Shown: piece after piece, positions 55,388-63,303 of the stretch
Layout: every line of letters starts with the position of its first letter
Numbering within the stretch: position 1 is the stretch's first letter
NCBI GenBank assembly: GCA_037130925.1
Contig: JBAXSC010000004.1
Span: 4,156 to 68,155, forward strand
DNA length: 64,000 bases
Reading direction: 5' to 3'
Source: Candidatus Nomurabacteria bacterium
Lineage (GTDB): Bacteria; Patescibacteriota; Minisyncoccia; Phycocordibacterales; UBA5272
Notes under the pieces: model-generated
What the model was told of the DNA's origin: nothing
Seen by the model: only the letters and a program-made list of their open reading frames with translations
Databases searched by the model: none
Made by a program: the position numbers and the translations under genes

Positions 55388-57142
55388 ATGAAACATCTTT
55401 TGAATATCTATAAAAAAATATTATTAATCTCTTTTATTTTTTTTCTATTTTTTAATTTTTCTAAAGCAGCAGGAGATCCCACAATAAAAATAGGAGACCA
55501 GGGTAGCGCAATAACAAAATTAGTAAGGGTATTAAAACAACACAATTGTCTTCCTTCTGATTATAATGACTTAACTGATCATTTTACACAATCATTAGGG
55601 AATTATTTAATTAATTTTCAAAATAATAATAATATTAGTACCGCTGGCACGCCTGAGGTTGGGACAAACACTTGGGAAGCATTAAATGCAAATGTTGGAG
55701 ACACATTAAAAGACGGGTCTGTTGTAAAAGATTGCAGTACTGTAACAACGAATAATTCACCAGCAGCATCAACTGCAGGAGTAAGTGATTATCAAAATAT
55801 TTCATCTTTTAGTGGCGAATCTACAGTTACTACTAGCATTACAAATAAAGATACGGGCGCCCTAGGTGATGTTTTTAATTATATATTAACTATAATGTCT
55901 GTTCTAATTATAGTTTTAATAGTATTTAGAGTTTTACAAGGAGCTTTAATAAAAGGAACTCTAGATAATGTTTATGCCAGTCAGAAGGCAAAACAAATAT
56001 TAAGTACAGCAGGGAAAGCTTTAATTATATTTATTTTTACATATGCAATATTAACTTTTATTAATCCAGATCTAACAGGTTGGACTTTTGTATCTTCAGC
56101 AATAGGACTAGATAGTGGAAATAATAATTCTACAGGAGGAAATTGTGCTCCTATACTACCAAAATTAACAGCCTACTCTCCACAATCAAGCACAACAAAT
56201 AATAATTCTAAAATGGAAGGTGGGCTTGGCTCTGCTCAACCAGGACTAGATGGACAATCTGTAGTAAGAACTTTAGAAGACGTAAGAACTGGAAAAAGCG
56301 CTTATGTTACTTTAGCTGGAGATTCTGCTACTTATAAAAGTAAATATACAATACCGTCTATAACCTATATAAATACCGCTGGACAAAAATATACTTTATC
56401 AAATGTTACAGCTTATGTTCATGACACCGGTGGTGCTTTTAAAGGGGCAGGATATACGCATTTTGATGTAGCTGTAGATATTAATATGCCAACATCAGCA
56501 ATAAATAAAGAACCGGCACCTTTTGGAAGTAACACATTATCCTTATCACCTCAAGAATGTCAGGGCTCAATACAAACAGGAAGCGATTCTGTAGCTGATA
56601 AAGTGACACCAAAATCAAACTGGACTTATACAATAGATAGCTCTGTAAAGTATTATTCTCAATGTGACCCAAAATGGGCAAACGATTTATATGCTCCACA
56701 AGGACATTCAACAATGTGTAAGTCTGCTTGTGGTCCAACCTCTCTTGCTATGGTTATTACACAAGATACAGGGAAAGAGGTTTTACCAACAACAATAGCA
56801 AAATTAGCTGCAGATAAAGGATATAAAACACCAAATAGTGGTACAGACCATTCAGCCATACCAAACATTCTTAAAGTGTATAATTTAACCTCTAAAGAAT
56901 ATGATGGTGCTTCTGGCTGGAATCAGGCTAAAACTTTTTTATCAAAAGGTAATTTAATAATAGTAATATTTGGTCCTGGACATTTCACACAAGGAGGACA
57001 TTATGAAGTTATAACAAGTATGAGCAATGGAACTGTTTTTCTTAATAATCCCTATCCGAATAATAACATTAGAGATAGTAAAGGCGTTCCTGAATCTTGG
57101 GTAGCAAATGAGGGTAAAATCTTTTGGGTAGTGTCTAAATAA
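55388..57142 (+). CDS. Multidomain cell-wall hydrolase (VirB1/PrgK analogue): PG-binding + TM hairpin + 3D domain + C39-like cysteine peptidase domain
   Basis: A PG_binding_1-like segment (GDQGSAITKLVRVLKQ...TNTWEAL). Two TM helices (ILTIMSVLIIVLIVF; ALIIFIFTYAILTFI). A 3D-domain motif (AYVHDTGGAFKGAGYTHFDVAV). A C-terminal YYSQCDPKWAN...CGPTSLAMVI...GGHYEVIT. Confidence 0.7.
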   Translation: MKHLLNIYKKILLISFIFFLFFNFSKAAGDPTIKIGDQGSAITKLVRVLKQHNCLPSDYNDLTDHFTQSLGNYLINFQNNNNISTAGTPEVGTNTWEALNANVGDTLKDGSVVKDCSTVTTNNSPAASTAGVSDYQNISSFSGESTVTTSITNKDTGALGDVFNYILTIMSVLIIVLIVFRVLQGALIKGTLDNVYASQKAKQILSTAGKALIIFIFTYAILTFINPDLTGWTFVSSAIGLDSGNNNSTGGNCAPILPKLTAYSPQSSTTNNNSKMEGGLGSAQPGLDGQSVVRTLEDVRTGKSAYVTLAGDSATYKSKYTIPSITYINTAGQKYTLSNVTAYVHDTGGAFKGAGYTHFDVAVDINMPTSAINKEPAPFGSNTLSLSPQECQGSIQTGSDSVADKVTPKSNWTYTIDSSVKYYSQCDPKWANDLYAPQGHSTMCKSACGPTSLAMVITQDTGKEVLPTTIAKLAADKGYKTPNSGTDHSAIPNILKVYNLTSKEYDGASGWNQAKTFLSKGNLIIVIFGPGHFTQGGHYEVITSMSNGTVFLNNPYPNNNIRDSKGVPESWVANEGKIFWVVSK

Positions 57143-57150
57143 CAAAAACT

Positions 57151-58584
57151 ATGCAACCAAATAATAATCAATCTTTTTTTCAAGAAAACAAAACAGGAAT
57201 AATTATATCTTCTATAGCAATAATTATTTTTATAATACTTTTATTTGTTTTATTTTTTAATAATAAAAATACAAACAATACGAACAATGGAAATTTATCA
57301 CAAAATTCTGGATTTTCATTTTCTAATTTATTTAGTCTAAATTCAACTAATAATAAAAATTCTAATAATAAAACTATTAATAATAACAATAATACTAATG
57401 AACAAAATAACCCAAATACACAAATAGGGTATTTTACAGAAGGTTTACTAAAAGTTTGGTCAGAACCGGTTGCGGGATATGGATTCTACTATTCACAATA
57501 CACATACAATTATACAGATTCAAATAATAATACAAAAACAGCAACAGACACAAAAACAACATTGATTTTTGTTGATAGTAAAACAGGATATATTTATGAG
57601 AAGAATTTATTAGACCCCACTTCTACACCAGTACAAATAACAGATTCATCTTATCCAAATATTTATAAAGCTTATTTTATAAATGACTCAAATGGAAATA
57701 AAAGCAAAGTTGTTATGCAATATTTAGACGGACAAAAAATAAAATCTTTTATTGCAAAAATACCAACTTATACAGGATTAACTTCTTCTTTATCTAATAT
57801 CACAAATCTTCCTGACAATGTATCTTTTATTAACACTTCTTCTAATAATAAATATTTGGTTTATATAGTTTCTAAAAATAAAACAACTAATGGTAAAAAA
57901 GATTTTTATAGTGACTGGTATTTAATTAATAATTCAGATCTTGATTATGGAAATAGAATATATACTTCTGAATTAACTGACTGGAAATTAAACATTACAA
58001 GCACTGGACAAATTTACGCTTTTAATACTGATACTTCTCACGAGATTAGCAACTTGTACAAGTTAAATAGCAATAATCAAAATACACTTGGTTTATTAAA
58101 CAAAATTTATACAGGAAATACAGGTACGTCATTTTTATTAAATAGTAATAATATTTTTATTTCAATGAATACTGGTGATGGTTTAAAAAGTTTTATAAGT
58201 AATAATAATTCAACAGGAAACATTTCACTTAATAATATTAATTTTTCAACATTATCAAACAAATGTGCACTATCTGACTCTTCTGATAAATTAATAATTT
58301 GTGGAGTTCCTAAAGAAATTAAAAATTATGATTCTGGTATTCCTGATGCTTGGTATCAAGGATTTACATCTTGGGATGATAATTTATATGTAATAAATAA
58401 TGATTATCAATCAGGTTCTTTATTGTTTGATGTAAATAAAGACGCTTCAATTTTTGACAGTATTGATATGAAAAATCTAAAAATAAATAATACTAATTCT
58501 CATTTAGGGTTTATAAACAAAAATGACGGATCTCTCTGGACTCTTAATATAGAAAACATATTGAATCCACAAGTTGGTGATTAA
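57151..58584 (+). CDS. T4SS-like cluster gene 10: N-terminally anchored Asn-rich protein, unknown function
   Basis: TM helix IIISSIAIIIFIILLFVLFF, a poly-Asn linker and a ~380-aa domain with repeated beta-strand-like segments. Confidence 0.45.
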   Translation: MQPNNNQSFFQENKTGIIISSIAIIIFIILLFVLFFNNKNTNNTNNGNLSQNSGFSFSNLFSLNSTNNKNSNNKTINNNNNTNEQNNPNTQIGYFTEGLLKVWSEPVAGYGFYYSQYTYNYTDSNNNTKTATDTKTTLIFVDSKTGYIYEKNLLDPTSTPVQITDSSYPNIYKAYFINDSNGNKSKVVMQYLDGQKIKSFIAKIPTYTGLTSSLSNITNLPDNVSFINTSSNNKYLVYIVSKNKTTNGKKDFYSDWYLINNSDLDYGNRIYTSELTDWKLNITSTGQIYAFNTDTSHEISNLYKLNSNNQNTLGLLNKIYTGNTGTSFLLNSNNIFISMNTGDGLKSFISNNNSTGNISLNNINFSTLSNKCALSDSSDKLIICGVPKEIKNYDSGIPDAWYQGFTSWDDNLYVINNDYQSGSLLFDVNKDASIFDSIDMKNLKINNTNSHLGFINKNDGSLWTLNIENILNPQVGD

Positions 58585-58602
58585 TTAAAAATTATAAAAT
58601 AA

Positions 58603-58640
58603 AAATCTCTTCATAAAATTTTATGAAGAGATTTTTATTT
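58603..58640. terminator. Bidirectional terminator closing the cluster
   Basis: AAATCTCTTCATAAA-att-TTTATGAAGAGATTT flanked by A and T runs. Confidence 0.8.
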
Positions 58641-58653
58641 TATTTATTAATTC

Positions 58654-59403
58654 TTATTTTTTATTATGGTCTTTAATAAATTTTTCTATATTTAATTTTC
58701 TTTTAATATACATATCTTGTAAAATATTTAAAATATTATTTATTGTCCAGTAGATACCAATTACTCCAGGAAGGACTGCTGCTGATATTCCAGAAAGCAC
58801 AGGAAGGAAATAAGTCATTTGCATTTGTAGATTTTTAGCAAACATAGATTTAAAATCATCTTCTTTCTTTTCTTTATTTTGATTAGACATTTTCTTTAAT
58901 GTGTCAGCTTGTCTTTTTGAGAATATAAACATTGTTATTCCAGTAAGAATTCCTAGCCACCAATAGTGTTTTGTCATATCTAAAAACCCAAAAGCTAAAC
59001 TTTGTAAATTTGATGGAAAATGAACAAAAGAATAAATTAAATTATTATCAAATTTTATTCCATTTCTAAAAACAAAATATAAAGCAAAGAAAACAGGGAT
59101 TTGAATAACTAAAGTAAGGATACTTGAGAATGGCTTTATTTTCTTTTCTTTATAAAGAAGCATTGTTTGTTCTGCTATCTTTTTATTATCACCAGAATGT
59201 TTTCTTTTAATCTCATCTATCTCTACCTGTGCTTCACGCATTAAATAAGAACTTCTTTGTGAAGACAGGTTTAAAGGTAAAAGTATTAATTTTACAAGAA
59301 TAGTAGTTAAAATTATAGCTATACCAATATCATGACTAGGTATAATGTTTAAAAAAGCTATAACAATATTATAAACAGGTTTTAGAAAAAAAGTATTAAA
59401 CAT
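58654..59403 (-). CDS. yidC: Membrane protein insertase YidC (short form)
   Basis: 249 aa, polytopic. KLILLPL...QR, and synteny with rnpA-rpmH. Confidence 0.85.
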   Translation of the reverse strand: MFNTFFLKPVYNIVIAFLNIIPSHDIGIAIILTTILVKLILLPLNLSSQRSSYLMREAQVEIDEIKRKHSGDNKKIAEQTMLLYKEKKIKPFSSILTLVIQIPVFFALYFVFRNGIKFDNNLIYSFVHFPSNLQSLAFGFLDMTKHYWWLGILTGITMFIFSKRQADTLKKMSNQNKEKKEDDFKSMFAKNLQMQMTYFLPVLSGISAAVLPGVIGIYWTINNILNILQDMYIKRKLNIEKFIKDHNKK

Positions 59404-59426
59404 AATTATTAAGATTATTTGATTTA

Positions 59427-59783
59427 TTAAAGGTTATTATTGAGAACATTATACAATTCTTTCTCTAAATCTTGAAATAGGGTATTTATAATTTCTTTTT
59501 TAGGATAAATTAATACATATTTTCCAGATTTTTGACTATTTTTATTACTTTTTTCTATTAAAGTATAAATTTGTCTTTTTATTTTATTTCTTTCTATTGC
59601 TTTTTTAAAGATTTTACCAGACAAAATAACAGCATATTTATTATTCCTTATTTCAGAATTTGAGAAATATTTTATATCAAATAGCTCATTTCTGGTATTT
59701 TTAAAAGAAAAAAAAGATCTTTCTTTTTTATTGAAAAGATCTTTTATTTCTAATGCTGTTAATTTATATATTTTAGCTAACAT
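59427..59783 (-). CDS. rnpA: RNase P protein component
   Basis: 118 aa and basic, with KKAIERNKIKRQ (the RNR-like motif). Located between rpmH and yidC. Confidence 0.8.
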   Translation of the reverse strand: MLAKIYKLTALEIKDLFNKKERSFFSFKNTRNELFDIKYFSNSEIRNNKYAVILSGKIFKKAIERNKIKRQIYTLIEKSNKNSQKSGKYVLIYPKKEIINTLFQDLEKELYNVLNNNL

Positions 59784-59819
59784 TATTTAAGTCTGTATAA
59801 TTTATATACAGTAAAAAGA

Positions 59820-60026
59820 CTATTTAGAACCTTTTGAAGATTTATAAGTAAGCATTCTCTTTACAAGAACCTTCTTTTCATCAGATACAGAAAGCTTTGT
59901 TCTTCCTTTAGCTCTTCTATTTCTAATTATATTTCTACCACTAGCTGTACTCATTCTTTCTAAAAAGCCGTGTGTAGTATATCTTTTTTTGTTTTTTGGT
60001 TTATAAGTTACTCCTCCTGATGCCAT
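59820..60026 (-). CDS. rpmH: Ribosomal protein L34 with a ~22-aa C-terminal extension
   Basis: From the ATG at 60026: [47 protein letters not shown], followed by the extra [21 protein letters not shown]. Confidence 0.85.
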   Translation of the reverse strand: MASGGVTYKPKNKKRYTTHGFLERMSTASGRNIIRNRRAKGRTKLSVSDEKKVLVKRMLTYKSSKGSK

Positions 60027-60135
60027 ATATTTATTATGATTATTTTTCATAATATATAACAAATTGAACAAAAAAACAAGTTTTTATATTTAATATTTTT
60101 TCTAGCCATTTTTGTTGTATTAATCTTAATTCTTT

Positions 60136-60143
60136 TGTATAAT
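60136..60143 (+). promoter_or_regulatory. Extended -10 promoter of dnaA (TGTATAAT)
   Basis: Lies 42 nt upstream of the ATG at 60185. Confidence 0.5.
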
Positions 60144-60184
60144 GTGAAGCAATATCATTGTTAACCTGTTTTCAAAACATTATT

Positions 60185-61531
60185 ATGGACTATAAACAAA
60201 TCTGGGACATGGCCCTATCGAGAATAGAGTTAGAACTCTCTCGTGTAAACTTCAATACTTGGTTTAGAAATACTCAAATCATCAACTATAAAGACGGAAT
60301 AGTGGTTATTGGTGTCCCAAACGAATTTGTTAAAGAATGGCTTTTTCAAAAACACCATAAATTCGTCTTAAGAATATTAAGAGAAATACATGAAGAAGTA
60401 AGAGGAGTAGAATTTCACACAGTTAAATTAGAAACTTTACAAAAAAAGGCGATAGCTAACAAAAATAAAGTTATAGAACCAACAAGTTCATTACCTTTAC
60501 AAGATTTATATATTAATAAAGATGATGGATTGAATCAAAAATACACCTTTAACAACTTTGTGGTGGGTACATTCAATGAATTGGCTTACGCAGCCTCTCA
60601 GGCGATTATAAAGAGTCCTGGAATAGTTTATAATCCTCTCTTTATCTATGGAAATACAGGATTAGGAAAAACACATCTTATTCAAGCGGTAGGAAATACT
60701 ATTAAAAACACATATCCTGAAAAAAAGATCTTTTATACTTCTTTAGAAAAGTATTATTTGGAGTTTGTTTCTGCTACACACAATCAAAAACTCAATAATT
60801 TCAAGGAAAAATACAAGAAATATGATGTTTTTATAATGGACGATATACAATTTATCAACGGAAAAGAGAAAACTCAAGACGAATTATTCCACCTATTCAA
60901 CGATTTACATAATAATAACAAGCAAATTGTCTTTTCTTCTGATAAACACCCTAATTTTATAGTTGGTTTGGAAGATAGACTTAGATCTAGATTTAATCAA
61001 GGTATGATTGTTGATGTAGCCACTCCAGATTATGAATCTAGAATAAATATCTTGAAATCTAAGATTAAAAACCACGAAAAAATAGAGCCGGGGGTTATAG
61101 AATATGTAGCTGAGAGTGTTAATGGTAACATTCGTGAATTAGAAGGAATAATCAACTTTATTCAGGCTCAAATAGAGCTTTTTGACCAAAAAGTCACCCT
61201 GAATAGTATTAAAAACCTTATAAAAAACAATACCAGATCAAAAAAATCAGTATCTATATCAGAAGTTGTTAAAACTGTGGCTGAATATTACAATATTCAA
61301 CAGACTTTTATTTATAATAAGACACGAAGAAAAGATATTGTAAAGCCAAGACAGGTAATAATGTATATTTTAAGGGAGTATTTTGATGTTTCTTATCCAA
61401 CAATAGGTGAGAAATTAGGAGGAAAAGACCATACCACAGTTATCCACTCTTACGAAAAGATCAAAAACGAAAGAAAAGACGATCCACATTTAAATAAAGA
61501 AATAGAAGATATTTATAACACTCTTAAATAG
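60185..61531 (+). CDS. dnaA: Chromosomal replication initiator DnaA
   Basis: Walker A GNTGLGKTHL, MDDIQF, sensor motifs and a C-terminal DNA-binding domain (VKPRQVIMYILRE...GGKDHTTVIHS). ATG at 60185; the track start at 60158 is a TTG. Confidence 0.95.
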   Translation: MDYKQIWDMALSRIELELSRVNFNTWFRNTQIINYKDGIVVIGVPNEFVKEWLFQKHHKFVLRILREIHEEVRGVEFHTVKLETLQKKAIANKNKVIEPTSSLPLQDLYINKDDGLNQKYTFNNFVVGTFNELAYAASQAIIKSPGIVYNPLFIYGNTGLGKTHLIQAVGNTIKNTYPEKKIFYTSLEKYYLEFVSATHNQKLNNFKEKYKKYDVFIMDDIQFINGKEKTQDELFHLFNDLHNNNKQIVFSSDKHPNFIVGLEDRLRSRFNQGMIVDVATPDYESRINILKSKIKNHEKIEPGVIEYVAESVNGNIRELEGIINFIQAQIELFDQKVTLNSIKNLIKNNTRSKKSVSISEVVKTVAEYYNIQQTFIYNKTRRKDIVKPRQVIMYILREYFDVSYPTIGEKLGGKDHTTVIHSYEKIKNERKDDPHLNKEIEDIYNTLK

Positions 61532-61894
61532 GGATATTATTCTATTATGTTTATAAACCAGTTAATAACCTGTTCATAAACTATAGAATAACCACACATC
61601 TCATGTTAATAACTTTGATTGATAATCTATATTATTCATATTTTAAAAAATAAGTAAATAGATAAAAATTTTTAATCCTGTATTCAAAACTAGTTATAAA
61701 CTTTAATATTATTTTTTATCTAAAATAAGCTTTATTTATCAAGATAAAAAACTTATTAACTTTATCAACATAGTTATATTAATAATGTGTTCTTTAAATA
61801 AAAAAGTATTAACCAAGAAAACAGAAATACAAAACATTTAATTTTTAATATTCTTTGAATATTGTTATAATGAATCTATTATAAAGATAAACTT
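61532..61894. other. Candidate oriC (dnaA-dnaN intergenic region)
   Basis: 363 bp, extremely AT-rich and in the canonical position. It contains GTTTATAAAC (61549-61558), GTTCATAAAC (61572-61581), GTTATAAAC (61693-61701) and TTATCAACA (61762-61770). There is no perfect TTATCCACA box. Confidence 0.4.
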
Positions 61895-63010
61895 ATGAAA
61901 TTCGAGATTAATTCAATTAAATTCTTTAAAGCTATAAACCAAGTAGGAAAAGCTAGAAATAAAAATACCTTAAATCAATATTTAACTAATATTTATTTAA
62001 AAGTAGAAGAAAATAGTCTTATAATGAGAGCTACTAATCTAGAAATTACTTGTGAAAAATCTACTAATATTAAAGGTATAGTAAACGGAGAATGTCTTAT
62101 CAATGGCGATATTTTAACAAAAATTTCAGGACATTTTTCTAGTGTAGATACTAATATTACTTGTGAGTTAGTTGATGGAACATTTAATATTTCTTATTTA
62201 AAAAATAAACTACAGTTAAAAACTATAGATTTGGAAGATTTTCCAAATATTCCTAAAGCAGGACAGTTTTTAACAAGTTTAAATTTAAAGATTTATATTA
62301 ATTTAATTAAGTCTGTATCTTTTTGCGCTGCTTCTACAGAAATAAAGCCAGAAATATCATCTGTTTATTTATACTCTAAAAATAGAGAGCTTTATTCTGT
62401 GGCTACAGACTCTTTTAGATTAGCTGAAAAGAAAGTAGTTTTCAATTCTGATTCAGAAGATATTAATATTTTAATTTCTCAAAAGAATATTAATGAAAAA
62501 ATATCAATTTTAGAAGGAATTTTAGAAGATGGAGATGAGAATATTGATCTTTATAATAATGAGAATATATTAACATTGCAAAATGATAATATTTCTTTAG
62601 CTATTAGATCTATTAATGGTAATTTTCCTGATTATAAACAACTTTTTCCAAAAGAATTTGATACAAAAATTAAAGTAAACAAAACAGAGTTAAAAAATAT
62701 TCTTAATTTATCAACTATCTTTGTTAATAATTATTCTTATATTGATTTTGAGGTTGATAATGAAAACAAAATAATTAGATCTAAATCTAAAAATGATAAA
62801 ATAGGATCTCTGGAAAAAGAAATTAATATTATAGATGGTGATGGTCAAAATATTAATGCTAGTTATAATAGTAATTACTTTTTAGACGGGCTTTCTCATA
62901 TTAATAATGGTGAAATTGAGCTATTTTTTACTACAAGTAATAAGCCTGTATTTATAAAAGATGCTAATGATGAGAGTTTTACATATCTTTTAATGCCTTT
63001 AAATAAATAA
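61895..63010 (+). CDS. dnaN: DNA polymerase III beta sliding clamp
   Basis: 371 aa with a three-domain clamp pattern, DSFRLAEK and a C-terminal LLMPLN. Located directly after dnaA. Confidence 0.9.
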   Translation: MKFEINSIKFFKAINQVGKARNKNTLNQYLTNIYLKVEENSLIMRATNLEITCEKSTNIKGIVNGECLINGDILTKISGHFSSVDTNITCELVDGTFNISYLKNKLQLKTIDLEDFPNIPKAGQFLTSLNLKIYINLIKSVSFCAASTEIKPEISSVYLYSKNRELYSVATDSFRLAEKKVVFNSDSEDINILISQKNINEKISILEGILEDGDENIDLYNNENILTLQNDNISLAIRSINGNFPDYKQLFPKEFDTKIKVNKTELKNILNLSTIFVNNYSYIDFEVDNENKIIRSKSKNDKIGSLEKEINIIDGDGQNINASYNSNYFLDGLSHINNGEIELFFTTSNKPVFIKDANDESFTYLLMPLNK

Positions 63011-63027
63011 AAATATTTAAATTTAAT

Positions 63028-63297
63028 ATGATAAATAATTTTGAAGATTTATTTTTAAAATATAAATCTAAACTTTCTGTTAAGAAAAATATAGAAGATG
63101 TTTTTATAGATATTATAAAAAAAGAAATAGGTATTGAAATTAAAAGAGAAAATATTAAATTAAACCAAAAAGATAAACAGATTACTGTTTCTAATTTAGC
63201 TTCTAGTTATAAATTTATTATTAAAAATAAATTTCTAGAAAAAGATTTGGAAAATAAAATTAAAAATCAAATGGATTATAAAGTTGTTTTTAATTAA
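63028..63297 (+). CDS. Small protein downstream of dnaN (DUF721-like position), hypothetical
   Basis: 89-aa ORF. The call rests on position only. Confidence 0.3.
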   Translation: MINNFEDLFLKYKSKLSVKKNIEDVFIDIIKKEIGIEIKRENIKLNQKDKQITVSNLASSYKFIIKNKFLEKDLENKIKNQMDYKVVFN

Positions 63298-63303
63298 TTA
63301 GAG

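Noticed and set aside
57290-57420. Poly-Asn/AAT-rich tract as a simple-sequence repeat or slippage site
   Set aside because: It stays in frame inside ORF 57151-58584 as an Asn-rich linker. It is imperfect, a mix of AAT and AAC codons interspersed with other codons, and shows no sign of phase-variable tract structure.
44232-58584. Integrated conjugative element or plasmid remnant
   Set aside because: No relaxase, coupling protein, replication or partition genes, integrase or flanking repeats are in view. The only tyrosine recombinase (32447-33484) is 11 kb away and Xer-like. The flanks are core genes (rsmA, yidC-rnpA-rpmH-dnaA). This remains to be confirmed on the full contig.
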